Assembly: GCA_041494685.1 (NCBI GenBank)
Contig: JBGQBE010000023.1
Location: 1-46,337, forward strand
Source: Dehalococcoidia bacterium
GTDB taxonomy: Bacteria; Chloroflexota; Dehalococcoidia; DSTF01; JACRBR01
Reading direction: 5' to 3'
DNA length: 46,337 bases
Numbering within the stretch: position 1 is the stretch's first letter; every line of letters begins with the position of its first letter. The notes beneath the pieces were generated by a model. It was not told the origin of the DNA and made no database searches. It worked only from the letters and a program-made list of their open reading frames with translations. Made by a program: the position numbers and the translations under genes. Shown here piece after piece: positions 17,646 to 27,934 of the stretch.

Positions 17646-19376
17646 ATGCGCACGCTCCGCGTCGCGCTGGCGCAGATCAACACGACGGTCGGCGACCTGC
17701 ACGGCAACGCGACGAAGATCGTCGAGTGGATGGGCCGCGCGCGCGACGCCGGCGCGGACGTGGTCGCCTTCCCGGAGCTGGCGATCGCCGGCTATCCGCC
17801 GGAAGACCTGGTGCTGCGCCGCTCCTTCGTCGCCGACAACATCGCCGCGCTGCACGAGGTGGCGCGCGCCTCGCAGGGCATCACGGCGATCGTCGGCTTC
17901 GTCGACGCGAACGACGACAACTACAACGCTGCCGCGGTGATCTCAGACGGCCGCCTGGTGGACGTCTACCACAAGCAGTTCCTGCCGAACTACGGCGTCT
18001 TCGACGAAGACCGCTACTTTCAGCGCGGCACCCGGTCGCCCGTGTACGTCATCGCCGGCATCGACGTGGGCGTGAACATCTGCGAAGACATCTGGTACCC
18101 AGACGGGCCGACGCGTGACCAGGCGCACGCGGGCGCGGACGTGATCATCAACATCAACGCGTCGCCGTACCACCGTGGCAAGGGCGCCTTCCGCGAGGGC
18201 ATGATCTCCACGCGCGCGAACGACAACGCCGTCGTCGTCTGCCACGTCAACGCCGTGGGCGGGCAGGACGAGCTGGTGTTTGACGGGCATAGTCTGATCT
18301 GCGACGAGACCGGCGCGCTGATCGCGCGCGGCGCGCAGTTCCGCGAGGACCTGCTTGTCCACGACATCGACGTCGAGGGCGTGCTGCAGACGCGCGTGCA
18401 CGACCCGCGCCATCGCAAGGAGCGCCTGGCGCTCCACGACGCCGGTGTGCCGCCGAAGATCGTCGTCTCCGAGCGGCCGTACAGCGAGGCGAAGCCGGCG
18501 ATCGCGGACGCGATCGCGCCGCTGCTCGATCCGGTAGCTGAAGTGTGGGAGGCGCTGGTGCTTGGCGTGCGCGACTACATCGGCAAGACGGGCTTCCAGA
18601 CGGTGCTGATCGGCCTCTCCGGCGGCGTCGATTCGTCGCTCGTCGCCGCGATCGCGGCCGACGCGCTGGGGCCGGAGCACGTCGTCGGCGTGTCGATGCC
18701 GTCGCGCTTCTCGTCGGAGCACAGCAAGAGCGACGCCTACGACGTGGCGCGGCGCCTGGGCATCCGCTGCCTGAGCGTGCCGATCGAAGGCGCGTTCGCG
18801 GCGTCGCTGGAGATGCTGAAGGAATCGTTCGCGGACACGCAGTTCGGCGTGGCGGAGGAGAACCTGCAGGCGCGCATCCGGGGCAACATCCTGATGTCGA
18901 TGTCCAACAAGTTCGGCTGGATGGTGCTGACCACCGGCAACAAGAGCGAGATGGCGACCGGCTACTCGACGCTGTACGGCGACATGGCCGGCGGCTTCGC
19001 CGTGATCAAGGACGTGCCGAAGACGCTGGTGTACGACCTGGCGCGCCACCGCAACCGCAGCGGCGGCGAGGTGATCCCGCGGGCGGTGATCGACAAGCCG
19101 CCGAGCGCCGAGTTGCGGCCGGACCAGCTCGACACCGACTCGCTGCCGCCGTACGCCGTGCTGGACCCGATCCTCAAGGCGTACGTCGAGGACGACCGCA
19201 GCGTCGAGGAGATCGTGGCGCAGGGATTCGACGAGGCGCTGGTGCAGCGCGTTGTGAAGATGGTGGACCGCAACGAGTACAAGCGCCGCCAGGCGCCGCC
19301 CGGCATCAAGATTACGCCGCGCGCCTTCGGCCGCGACCGCCGCCTGCCGATCGCCAACCGCTACATCCCCCGCTGA
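17646..19376 (+). CDS. nadE: Glutamine-dependent NAD+ synthetase
   Basis: Nitrilase domain (FPEL..GYPPEDL, LPNYGVFDE, ICEDIW) plus GLSGGVDS, ENLQARIRG, TGNKSE, EYKRRQAPPG. Confidence 0.96.
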   Translation: MRTLRVALAQINTTVGDLHGNATKIVEWMGRARDAGADVVAFPELAIAGYPPEDLVLRRSFVADNIAALHEVARASQGITAIVGFVDANDDNYNAAAVISDGRLVDVYHKQFLPNYGVFDEDRYFQRGTRSPVYVIAGIDVGVNICEDIWYPDGPTRDQAHAGADVIININASPYHRGKGAFREGMISTRANDNAVVVCHVNAVGGQDELVFDGHSLICDETGALIARGAQFREDLLVHDIDVEGVLQTRVHDPRHRKERLALHDAGVPPKIVVSERPYSEAKPAIADAIAPLLDPVAEVWEALVLGVRDYIGKTGFQTVLIGLSGGVDSSLVAAIAADALGPEHVVGVSMPSRFSSEHSKSDAYDVARRLGIRCLSVPIEGAFAASLEMLKESFADTQFGVAEENLQARIRGNILMSMSNKFGWMVLTTGNKSEMATGYSTLYGDMAGGFAVIKDVPKTLVYDLARHRNRSGGEVIPRAVIDKPPSAELRPDQLDTDSLPPYAVLDPILKAYVEDDRSVEEIVAQGFDEALVQRVVKMVDRNEYKRRQAPPGIKITPRAFGRDRRLPIANRYIPR

Positions 19377-19467
19377 CGCCGCCGCCGGCGGCTACGAAAC
19401 GTACATCTGCGACGCCCACGTCACGCGACGACGATGCCCCAAACGCTCGCCACAACTCACGCCGTTT

Positions 19468-20499
19468 CTACGCCTGAGTGCCGTTGAGACGCTCCTTGAG
19501 AAGCGACTTCAACCTCGCAGGAAAAGCCAGGTCGAGCCATATCCCGATGCTCGGCTCGTCGCCCGCTCCGCCGCGCAGAACTGCCGCGCACGTCACTTCG
19601 AGCGAGGCTTCCTCGCACTGGATAAGGACTTGCTTGTATTGGTTGGCACGTTCGCGGGACAAGTACCCGAGCAATCCAGCGCCGTCGGCGGACATCACGC
19701 GTACGGCGGCGGCATCGTATGGATTAGTTGGCTCAGGCCGCATGACCACATCGATCACCAGTCCCGTTGGCGTCCGTCGCGCTCGCCTCTGCGCTTGTCG
19801 GAGTGTCTCTTGATAATGGGATTCACCGACGACCTCGAGGCCGAACTTGCCAGTACCACCCAGCAGGTTGGCGCGCGACGGCTCTGAGATGATCGTGGGC
19901 TCAATCAGGACTGTCGAACCGGCGACTCGCCGCCACAACCCGAACAAGCCGCCGTGGCGGGCGGCCGGAAGAACTCCGTTCGGAGTTCCCTCCGCCCACT
20001 TCGTGCCGCATTTCGGGCAGTACGGTCTGGTGCCGACCCTCTCGGTTCCGCACTTCGGGCAGTTAGGCACGCGGTCGCTGATCCTACGAATGGCGACTCC
20101 CCCCTCTGGAAGATCACCACCATACGCCGATCCGACAGGAGCGTCTATCGCCCGGTCCGTCAAGCCCTTGCGGGCCCACGCCGCCCGCTTCCGCCACAAG
20201 TACCAGACGCCGACGGCGATGCCCGCGACGGCGATTAGTATGACGTCAGGCGTGTAGGAAAGGCCGCGTCCGGCTATCGCGTGTTCCTCGCCGAGAAGGA
20301 GCGCCGCTCCGGCAGTCGCCGCACCGGCGGGGCGCAGGTGATCCACCGATCTTGGACATCGCACCCCGCACCCCCTAAGTTCGTAGAGCATGCGGTCTGA
20401 GTCGATGCAGCATCGCAGGTCGCTGCGATGCCCCGGGTGCACAGGAAAGAGGTCGAAATTACAAAACAGGTACACCGCCAGATTCGATTTGTGCGACAT
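19468..20499 (-). CDS. TM plus zinc-ribbon plus HIRAN domain protein (start uncertain, probably downstream of 20499)
   Basis: CPKCG-X9-CPKCG ribbon; VVGESHYQ, PEPTNPYDAAAVRV, LLGYLSR HIRAN motifs; TM VILIAVAGIAVGVWYLW; atypical codon usage. Confidence 0.7.
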   Translation of the reverse strand: MSHKSNLAVYLFCNFDLFPVHPGHRSDLRCCIDSDRMLYELRGCGVRCPRSVDHLRPAGAATAGAALLLGEEHAIAGRGLSYTPDVILIAVAGIAVGVWYLWRKRAAWARKGLTDRAIDAPVGSAYGGDLPEGGVAIRRISDRVPNCPKCGTERVGTRPYCPKCGTKWAEGTPNGVLPAARHGGLFGLWRRVAGSTVLIEPTIISEPSRANLLGGTGKFGLEVVGESHYQETLRQAQRRARRTPTGLVIDVVMRPEPTNPYDAAAVRVMSADGAGLLGYLSRERANQYKQVLIQCEEASLEVTCAAVLRGGAGDEPSIGIWLDLAFPARLKSLLKERLNGTQA

Positions 20500-20579
20500 A
20501 ACGCAAAATAGAGGTACTTGGGACGTTCCTACCGCTCCCCGTATGCCACGATGCGCCGCGCACCGCGCGGGAGGGTTCT

Positions 20580-21197
20580 TTGCCGATCAACGGGCTGATC
20601 TTCGACTACGGCGGCGTGCTCTGGGACATGCGCTGGGACATCACGCGCACCCTCGAGCGGGAGCATGGCCTCGCCGCGCGCACGCTGGCGTCGACGCTCT
20701 ACGGCTCCGAGCTGTGGCGGCAGATCGAGGTCGGCGTCGGTGACCGCGACGCGTGGCTGGCGGCCTCGCACCGCGATCTCGAAGCGGTTGCGGGGCGGGC
20801 GCTGCCGCCGCTGCACCAGCACTGGCGCGAGCGGCAGCACCTGATCGCGCCGAACATCGACCTGATCCGGCGGCTGCGGCCGCCGCATCGTACGGCCGTC
20901 CTCAGCAACGCCGACAGCGGCCTGGCGCGGCAGTTGAAGGAGACGCACGGCATCGACGACCTGTTCGACGAGGTGATCGTCTCGGCCGACGTCGGCATGG
21001 CGAAGCCGGACCCGCGCATCTACGCGCTCGCCGCACGCCGCCTCGGCCTGGCGCCGGAGGAGTGCGTATTCATCGACGACCTGGAGCCGAACGTGCAGGC
21101 GGCGCGCGACGGCGGCATGGCGGGCGTCCACTTTCTCGTCGACCAGGGCCACAGCCTCGAGGAGCAACTGGCGGCGCTCGGCGTGCGCGCCGCGTAG
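20580..21197 (+). CDS. HAD-family phosphatase
   Basis: LIFDYGGVL, VLSNA, KPDPRIY, FIDD motifs. Confidence 0.9.
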   Translation: MPINGLIFDYGGVLWDMRWDITRTLEREHGLAARTLASTLYGSELWRQIEVGVGDRDAWLAASHRDLEAVAGRALPPLHQHWRERQHLIAPNIDLIRRLRPPHRTAVLSNADSGLARQLKETHGIDDLFDEVIVSADVGMAKPDPRIYALAARRLGLAPEECVFIDDLEPNVQAARDGGMAGVHFLVDQGHSLEEQLAALGVRAA

Positions 21198-21281
21198 GCG
21201 CTCTCCGGGCCGCGGTTGTCCCTTGCGCCCGCTGCGCACATAATCGCGGCTAACCGGGGTGCGGCGTGTGCAGGAGGGTGC

Positions 21282-22748
21282 ATGGACTGGCAGGAGATCT
21301 ACCGCGAGAAGCTGACGACCGCCGCCGAGGCGGTGAAGCTCGTCAAGAGCGGCGACACCGTCATGGTGCCGATCCTGCCGCCGCCGACCCTCTGTCTGAA
21401 CCTCGCCGCGCGCAAGGACTCCTTGCGCGACGTGACGGTCCGCCTGCTCGCGCCGTCCGCGGACCCGGGCTGGCTGCGCATGCCGGACGAATCGGTGTTC
21501 AAGGTCGAGTTCGAGCTGTTCATCGGCGACTTCGCGCGCTTCGTGATGGACGAGCGGCGCGGCACCTACCTGCCCAACCTCTTCTCGCTCGGCATGAAAG
21601 CGTACGACCAGGGCCGGGAGGACGTGCACGTGCCCGACGTGCTGTTCTGCACGGTCTCGCGGCCGAACCGCGCCGGCTTCTGCCACTTCGGCGTGCACAA
21701 CTGGGTGCAGCGCTCGTACGCGCGCCGCTGCCCGATCGTCATCGCGGAAGTGAACGACAACCTGACGCCGGTATACGGAGACGTCTGGATCCACGTGTCG
21801 GAGATCGACAAGTTCGTCGAGCACACGCCGCCGCCGTTCGGCCGGGAGGAGTTCGACAGGGCGGTGGGCGCGATCACCGACCCGGCGCGGCACAGGGGCT
21901 GGACGGAGCTGGGCGCGGAGCTGCCGAACCTGCAGATCCTCGGCGCGATTTCGGCGCTGATCCCGGTGCTGCCGCCGGACGAGGTGCGCCGCCTGCTGGG
22001 CCTCTCGGAGCCGCCGCCGGAGGCGGAGCCGATCGGGCGGCACCTGAGCACGCTGATCCAGGACGGCGATACGATCCAGGTCGGCGTGGGCGAGCCGTCG
22101 CGCGGCATGGTGCGCGTCGGCGCGTTCGCCGGCCGCCGGCACCTGGGCATACACACGGAGCTGGGCTGGCCCGGACTGGCGAAGATGTGGCGCGACGGCA
22201 TCGTCGACGGCAGCCGCAAGGAGATCCACGCGAACCACAGCATCGCGACGGCGTGGACGGGCTGCGACCCCACGGACCTCGACATCATCGACGGCAACCC
22301 GCACTTCGAGCTGTACGACCCGGAGTACGTGCTGCACCCGCGCACGCTGACGAAGTTCGACCGCTTCATCGCCATCAACAACGCCATCACGGTGGACCTG
22401 CTGGGCCAGATCAACGCGGAGAGCGTCTTCGGCGGGCGCATCATCAATGGCACCGGCGGCCAGCCGGAGATGCACCTCGCCGGCGCGTTCTCGCCGCACG
22501 GCCGCGCGATCACGCTGCTGCCGTCGACGGCGATGGGCGGCGGTGTGTCGCGGATCGTGGCGCAGATGGACGCGGGGTCGCTGGTGACGATCCCGCGCTT
22601 CTACGCCGACACGGTGATCACGGAGTACGGCATCGCGCGGCTGTGGGGGAAGAACCACCGCCAGCGCGCGGAGGAGCTGATCGCGGTCGCGCACCCCGAC
22701 CACCGCGACGAGCTGCGGGAACAGGCGCGCGCGCTGTGGTGGCCGTAG
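21282..22748 (+). CDS. Acetyl-CoA hydrolase/transferase family (4-hydroxybutyrate CoA-transferase-like)
   Basis: MDWQEIYREKLTTA.EAV, IAEVN, DGDTIQVGVG, IHTELG (catalytic Glu), GTGGQ, VITEYGIA, IAVAHPD; GGAGG RBS. Confidence 0.88.
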   Translation: MDWQEIYREKLTTAAEAVKLVKSGDTVMVPILPPPTLCLNLAARKDSLRDVTVRLLAPSADPGWLRMPDESVFKVEFELFIGDFARFVMDERRGTYLPNLFSLGMKAYDQGREDVHVPDVLFCTVSRPNRAGFCHFGVHNWVQRSYARRCPIVIAEVNDNLTPVYGDVWIHVSEIDKFVEHTPPPFGREEFDRAVGAITDPARHRGWTELGAELPNLQILGAISALIPVLPPDEVRRLLGLSEPPPEAEPIGRHLSTLIQDGDTIQVGVGEPSRGMVRVGAFAGRRHLGIHTELGWPGLAKMWRDGIVDGSRKEIHANHSIATAWTGCDPTDLDIIDGNPHFELYDPEYVLHPRTLTKFDRFIAINNAITVDLLGQINAESVFGGRIINGTGGQPEMHLAGAFSPHGRAITLLPSTAMGGGVSRIVAQMDAGSLVTIPRFYADTVITEYGIARLWGKNHRQRAEELIAVAHPDHRDELREQARALWWP

Positions 22749-22803
22749 GTTGGTCGCATGGTCGCTGGTGACTGGGGCCAGCAACTGGTACCGCTCACAG
22801 CTG

Positions 22804-23232
22804 CTACGTGAGGGGCACCGCTGCCAGGGTGCAGCGGGCGATGCAGATCAGCCGCTCGTCTTCGTCGCGGATCTCTATCGTCCACACCTGGCTGGTGCGG
22901 CCGATGTGCACCGGCACCGCCACGGCGCGCACGATGCCGTCGCGCTTGGGGCGTATGTGGTTCGCGTTGATCTCCTGCCCGACGGCGCCCATGCCCTCCG
23001 GGCAGTTGAGGCCGGCGCCGACCGATGCGACGCTCTCGGCCAGGACGACGGACGCGCCGCCGTGCAGCACGCCGAATGGCTGATGGACGCGGTGGTCCAC
23101 GACCATCGTCGCGACGACGCGGTCCTTCGCCACGTGCTCGAACTGGATGGGGATCACGCCGCCGATGACGGAACGCATCCGGGCGTTCCACGCGTCCAGG
23201 TCGTCGCTCGGCGGCATCGGCTCGCTGGTCAT
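22804..23232 (-). CDS. PaaI/MenI-like hotdog thioesterase
   Basis: HQPFGVLHGGASVVLAES, GQEINANH, GRTSQVW; GGAGG RBS before ATG 23232. Confidence 0.9.
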   Translation of the reverse strand: MTSEPMPPSDDLDAWNARMRSVIGGVIPIQFEHVAKDRVVATMVVDHRVHQPFGVLHGGASVVLAESVASVGAGLNCPEGMGAVGQEINANHIRPKRDGIVRAVAVPVHIGRTSQVWTIEIRDEDERLICIARCTLAAVPLT

Positions 23233-23436
23233 CTGCTCCTCCATCTGCGCTCCGGGACACTCTAGGCGGCGCGATGCGCTGGCGCTAATCGCCGGAGCGG
23301 CACGGGGCCCGGTGCGGCGATAGATATGTAGACCGGCTCTGCCGTTTTGATGTGGGTTGTGATAGGATCGATTCCCCGGGCAACGGACCGCCGGGCGGCA
23401 CGCGCGTCGCCGGGCAGGGCAACCAGGGAGGACGCG

Positions 23437-24018
23437 ATGACGACCACGGACGTGCAGACAGCCGGCTACGAGCGGACCTTCCCGCGCCAGGTGCGGCTCG
23501 ACAGCGGCAAGTCGCTGGACCTGCGGCTGATGACGGCGGAGCAGCGCGAGGACATCCTCGAGTTCGCCGGCACGCTGCCGAGGCGCGACCTGCTGTTCCT
23601 CCGCATGGACATCACCGACCCACGGAACGTCGACGAGTGGATCCGCAATATCGGCACGGGGCGCACGATCACGGTGCTGGCGTACGACGGGGTCCAGCTT
23701 GCGGGCTGGGCGAGCCTGCACCACAACGAAGTGCTATGGACGCGCCACGTCGGCGAGATCCGCACGGTCGTCGGCACGGACCACCGCGGCATCGGCCTAG
23801 GCGCGCGGCTGGTGGAGGAGATCTTCTCGATCGCGAAGCAGATCGGCCTGAAGAAGATCACGGCGCAGATGACGTCGGACCAGAAGGGCGCGCGCGCCAC
23901 GTTCGAGCGCGTCGGCTTCCGGCCGGAGGCGCTGCTGGCGGACCACGTCGTGGACAACGAGGGCCGCACCCACGACATGCTCATCATGTCGTACGACATC
24001 GACGGCTTCAACGACTGA
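23437..24018 (+). CDS. GNAT family N-acetyltransferase (paralog 1)
   Basis: HRGIGLG acetyl-CoA motif, FERVGFRPEA; GGAGG RBS. Confidence 0.85.
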   Translation: MTTTDVQTAGYERTFPRQVRLDSGKSLDLRLMTAEQREDILEFAGTLPRRDLLFLRMDITDPRNVDEWIRNIGTGRTITVLAYDGVQLAGWASLHHNEVLWTRHVGEIRTVVGTDHRGIGLGARLVEEIFSIAKQIGLKKITAQMTSDQKGARATFERVGFRPEALLADHVVDNEGRTHDMLIMSYDIDGFND

Positions 24019-24038
24019 GGCGCGGTCGCGGATAACGG

Positions 24039-24070
24039 TAGTCGAGGGGCGGTCGTAAGACCGCCCCTAC
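24039..24070. repeat. REP-like palindrome, copy 1
   Basis: TAGTCGAGGGGCGGTC-GTAA-GACCGCCCCTAC; near-identical copy at 26139. Confidence 0.7.
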
Positions 24071-24195
24071 GTGTGGCCCGCGGCCCCGGAGCGCCGGTGG
24101 ACGGGCATGCGGCGCGTACGGGGCGTTCGCGCTACTCTACTGCCCATGGCGCGCTGCCCGGCGGCGGGCGCCTATCGATGACAAGGAGCAGCGGC

Positions 24196-26115
24196 GTGGC
24201 TATTTCCCGTGCGATCGAGCCCATCCCCCAGGACGACGAGGCGATCCGGACGGCGCTGGCGGACGCGTTCCTGCCGGCGCTGCTGCCGGCGCTGGCGCAG
24301 GCGACGGGCGACTTCTCGCTGCTGCGCGAGGAGCTGCGGCCGCCGGGCGTCGCGATGGGCGTCGAGCAGGGCGGCATGACTGCGGAGCAGCAGGAGACCG
24401 CGCGCGCCCTGGCGTTCGACGCGCTGACGTTGCTGCGCGGCCGCGCGTTCGACGACAGCGCGTACCCGGCCGATGCGGACCTGCTGCGGATCACCAACTG
24501 GATGACCTCGTCGACCGCGTCGGACGACTACCTCCCGCTGCTGCGGGAAGAGCTCGCGCCCACGGGGCAGGACCCGCGCGCGCCGGCGTGGCGGTACGAC
24601 GGGCAGACGCCGTTCTTCGTCGCCGTCATCGGCGCCGGGATGTCGGGCATCCTCGCGGGCATCCGGCTGAAGCAGGCGGGCGTGCCGTTCGTGATCATCG
24701 AGAAGAACGCGGACGTGGGCGGCACCTGGTTCGAGAACACGTATCCGGGCGCGCGCGTGGACTCGTCGAACGCGTTCTACAGCTACTCTTTCGCGCAGAA
24801 GATCGACTGGCCGAAGTACTACTCGACGCAGCCCGTCCTGCTCGACTACTTCCGCGCCTGCGCAGCCGAGTACGGCGTGCGCGACAGCATCCGCTTCCGC
24901 ACGGAGGTGCTGTCCGTCGTGTTCGATGACGATCGCCGCACATGGACGCTGCGCCTGCGCACGTCGGACGGCGGCGAGGAGACGCTGGAGGCGCAGGCGG
25001 TGATCAGCGCCGCCGGCCAGCTCAACCGGCCGCGAATGCCGGAGATAGCCGGCATGGAGCGCTTCGCCGGCCCGGCGTTCCACTCCGCTCGCTGGGACGA
25101 CAGCGTCGACCTCAAGGGGAAGCGCGTGGCGGTCATCGGCACCGGCGCCAGCGCCGCGCAGCTGATCCCGGTGGTGGCGCGCGAGGCGGCGGAGTTGCAC
25201 GTCTTCCAGCGCACGCCCGCCTGGTTCATACCGTCGCCGCACTACCACGACGACGTGCCCGACGGGCTGCAGTGGCTCTTCCGGCACGTGCCGTACTACG
25301 CGCACTGGTACCGCTTCTGGCTCTTCTGGATGAGCACCGACGGCCTGCTGCCCGCCGCGATCGTCGACGAGGGCTGGCCGCACCAGGACCGCTCGGTGAG
25401 CGCGGCGAACGACATGATCCGCGCGCTGCTCACGGGCTACATCCAGTCGCAGTTCGCGGACCGGCCCGACCTGCTGGAAAAGGTGATCCCCGCGTACCCG
25501 CCGGCGGCGAAGCGCATGGTGCTCGACAACGGCATCTGGGCGCAGACGCTGAAGCGCGAGAACGTCCGCCTGATCACCGACGCGATCAGGGAGATCACGC
25601 CGCGCGGCGTCGTGACCGCGGACGGGCAGGAGCGCGCGGTGGACGTGATCATCTACGGCACCGGCTTCCAGGCGTCGCGCTTCCTGACGCCGATGCATGT
25701 GGTCGGGCGGCAGGGCATCGACCTGAACCAGCAGTGGGACGGCGACGCCCGCGCGTACATGGGCATCACCGTGCCGAACTTCCCGAACTTCTTCATGATG
25801 TACGGGCCGAACACGAACATCGTCGTCAACGGCAGCATCATCTACTTCTCGGAGTGCGAGGTGCAGTACATCATGGGGTGCGTGCGGCTGCTGCTGGAGC
25901 AGGGCCACAGGGCGATGGACTGCAAGAAGGACGTGCACGACGCCTATAACGAACGCATCGACGCGCAGAACCGCCTGCGCGCGTGGGGCGCCTCCAGCGT
26001 GAACAGCTGGTACAAGAACGACAGGGGCAGAGTCTCGCAGAATTGGCCGGGCAACCTGATCGAGTACTGGCAGCAGACGCGGCAGCCGGACCCGGCGGAC
26101 TACGCGTTCCTGTAG
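24196..26115 (+). CDS. Type I Baeyer-Villiger monooxygenase (4-hydroxyacetophenone monooxygenase-like, long N-terminus)
   Basis: GAGMSG, GGTWFENTYPG, FAGPAFHSARW fingerprint, GTGASA, FQRTP, GTGF; AAGGAG RBS before GTG 24196 (alternative ATG 24178). Confidence 0.9.
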   Translation: MAISRAIEPIPQDDEAIRTALADAFLPALLPALAQATGDFSLLREELRPPGVAMGVEQGGMTAEQQETARALAFDALTLLRGRAFDDSAYPADADLLRITNWMTSSTASDDYLPLLREELAPTGQDPRAPAWRYDGQTPFFVAVIGAGMSGILAGIRLKQAGVPFVIIEKNADVGGTWFENTYPGARVDSSNAFYSYSFAQKIDWPKYYSTQPVLLDYFRACAAEYGVRDSIRFRTEVLSVVFDDDRRTWTLRLRTSDGGEETLEAQAVISAAGQLNRPRMPEIAGMERFAGPAFHSARWDDSVDLKGKRVAVIGTGASAAQLIPVVAREAAELHVFQRTPAWFIPSPHYHDDVPDGLQWLFRHVPYYAHWYRFWLFWMSTDGLLPAAIVDEGWPHQDRSVSAANDMIRALLTGYIQSQFADRPDLLEKVIPAYPPAAKRMVLDNGIWAQTLKRENVRLITDAIREITPRGVVTADGQERAVDVIIYGTGFQASRFLTPMHVVGRQGIDLNQQWDGDARAYMGITVPNFPNFFMMYGPNTNIVVNGSIIYFSECEVQYIMGCVRLLLEQGHRAMDCKKDVHDAYNERIDAQNRLRAWGASSVNSWYKNDRGRVSQNWPGNLIEYWQQTRQPDPADYAFL

Positions 26116-26138
26116 CGCCGGACTCCGGCGCGCGGCGA

Positions 26139-26170
26139 TAGTCGAGGGGCGGTCTGCTGACCGCCCCTGC
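26139..26170. repeat. REP-like palindrome, copy 2
   Basis: TAGTCGAGGGGCGGTC-TGCT-GACCGCCCCTGC; same stem as copy 1 with a different loop. Confidence 0.7.
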
Positions 26171-26196
26171 TTGTTGCGCCGAGATGTCGAGGCCGG

Positions 26197-27714
26197 TCAG
26201 CTTGCCGGGACAGGCGGCTGCTGCGTCAGCGGCGCGGGCGTGGCGCCGTTCGCCTTGTGGCCGTTCGTCGCGTGGGCGTGGCGCGCGGGCGCGCCGATGT
26301 CGGGCAGGTCGCTCACCGGTACGCCTGCGGCGTCGCGCAGCGCGCGGAATTCTTCGTCCGCGTACCGCGTGATCAGCTCCGCGTCGCCGACGATCTCGGG
26401 GTCGGCCATGATGCCCAGGTAGAGCGCAGTGTTGAAGCTGGTGATGCCGACGCCGATGCCCATGTCGCCGGCGATCGGCACCAGGGGGTAGTGGGCCAGC
26501 AATCTGTGGCCGACGCTCCAGAGCGGGATCATCGGGCCGGGCACGTTCGTGCAGACGAGGTTCGCGCCGCCGGGCGGCACACCGTTCATGCCCGCGAGCG
26601 CGTGGACCATCGCCGGCAGGTTCTCCGACATCGCGCGCAGCGCCTCGAACGCGTTGGCCTGCGACTGCGACTTCAGGCGCTCCATCTCGGCGCGCACCGC
26701 GGCCAGGCGGTCAGCCGGGAGCATGTCGTCGACCGGCAGATTGGGCAGCATCATCGAGACGCGGTTGCCTAGCGCGCCTTTTTCGCCTTCGGCGCGCACG
26801 TTGACGGGGATCATCAGCCGCAGCGTCTGCCCCGCCGTGTCGACGCCGTGGTCGCGCAGGTAGCGCCCGAGCGCGCCGCCGAGGATCGTGAGCATGACGT
26901 CGTTCACCGTGCCGCCGAGGGCGCTGCGCACGCCGCGCACCTCCTGGAACGACATCTCCGTCCACGCCGTCGCGCGTTTGCCGCCGATCGGCTTGTTCCA
27001 CGGCATCTTCGCCGGCGGCTGCAGCGCGGCGGGCAAGGCGACCTCGAGCGCGTGCGCGAAGTCTTGCGCGCGGCGCACCTGGGCGCGCAGGTCGAGCGCC
27101 TGCTGCTGCCACTCCGTCATCACGCGCAGCCCGTCGCTCCATCGCTCGAACACGGCGTCGGCCCACGACTCGACCGGATTGGGCGGCAGGCGCGGTGACC
27201 ACGGCGTCTCAGGTTGCGGCGTCGGCTCCGGGTTTGGTACCAGGTCCAGCACGGCGAGCAGCAGCTCGATGCCGGAGACGCCGTCGACCAGGCAGTGGTG
27301 CACGCGGCTGACGTAGGCGGTGCGGTCGCCCTCCAGCCCGTGGATGATCGTGATGTCCCAGAGCGGCCGGTCGCGCGGCAGCACCTTGGCGAAGATCTCG
27401 GCGCTGAGCGCGCGCAGCTGGTTCATCGTGCCGGGCGCGGGCAGTTGCACCAGCCGCAGGTGCCGGTCGAGCGAGAATCGCGAGTCGTCTTCCCAGGTCG
27501 GGTGGCCGGCGAAGAACGGCGGCGTGACGGCGCGCTGCCGGTAGCGCGGGATGAGGTGCATCCGCGCGTCCATGCTGGCGTACATCTTCTCGAAGGGGAT
27601 GGTCCCCTCGTAGATGCCGACGGAGCCGATGTGGAGCGGGGCGTCCGGTTTCTCGAAGTAAAGGAACCAGGCGTCCTCGGCGCTCATGCGCCGGTTCAAC
27701 CGCGATGCGGACAT
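26197..27714 (-). CDS. Wax ester synthase / diacylglycerol acyltransferase (WS/DGAT)
   Basis: DAWFLYFE..PLHIG, RDRPLW, HHCLVDGVSG catalytic motif, GGTVNDV, GNRVS, TNVPGP. Confidence 0.93.
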   Translation of the reverse strand: MSASRLNRRMSAEDAWFLYFEKPDAPLHIGSVGIYEGTIPFEKMYASMDARMHLIPRYRQRAVTPPFFAGHPTWEDDSRFSLDRHLRLVQLPAPGTMNQLRALSAEIFAKVLPRDRPLWDITIIHGLEGDRTAYVSRVHHCLVDGVSGIELLLAVLDLVPNPEPTPQPETPWSPRLPPNPVESWADAVFERWSDGLRVMTEWQQQALDLRAQVRRAQDFAHALEVALPAALQPPAKMPWNKPIGGKRATAWTEMSFQEVRGVRSALGGTVNDVMLTILGGALGRYLRDHGVDTAGQTLRLMIPVNVRAEGEKGALGNRVSMMLPNLPVDDMLPADRLAAVRAEMERLKSQSQANAFEALRAMSENLPAMVHALAGMNGVPPGGANLVCTNVPGPMIPLWSVGHRLLAHYPLVPIAGDMGIGVGITSFNTALYLGIMADPEIVGDAELITRYADEEFRALRDAAGVPVSDLPDIGAPARHAHATNGHKANGATPAPLTQQPPVPAS

Positions 27715-27934
27715 ACAGGCATTGCCTCCAGCGTCGCCTTCCCGTGGACGGATCCCTGCGCGGCGATTATACTCCTCGAAATCGCGCCTGGGATAAACGG
27801 CGGATTAATTTTGTGACAAGGGTGAGCGAAACCCGCCGCGAGACTGTTACGCGGGCGGCCGAACGTAATTATGTATGATACAGGCGTGGTGACGCTACCT
27901 GTGCGCCTGTGCCGGGAGTCGCCAGGGGGGGATC

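Noticed and set aside
20529..22784. 751-aa minus-strand ORF
   Set aside because: Antisense shadow of the HAD and CoA-transferase genes.
24039..26170. Repeat pair as CRISPR array or integron attC sites
   Set aside because: Only two copies 2.1 kb apart, no cas or integrase gene, and no attC-type core ends.
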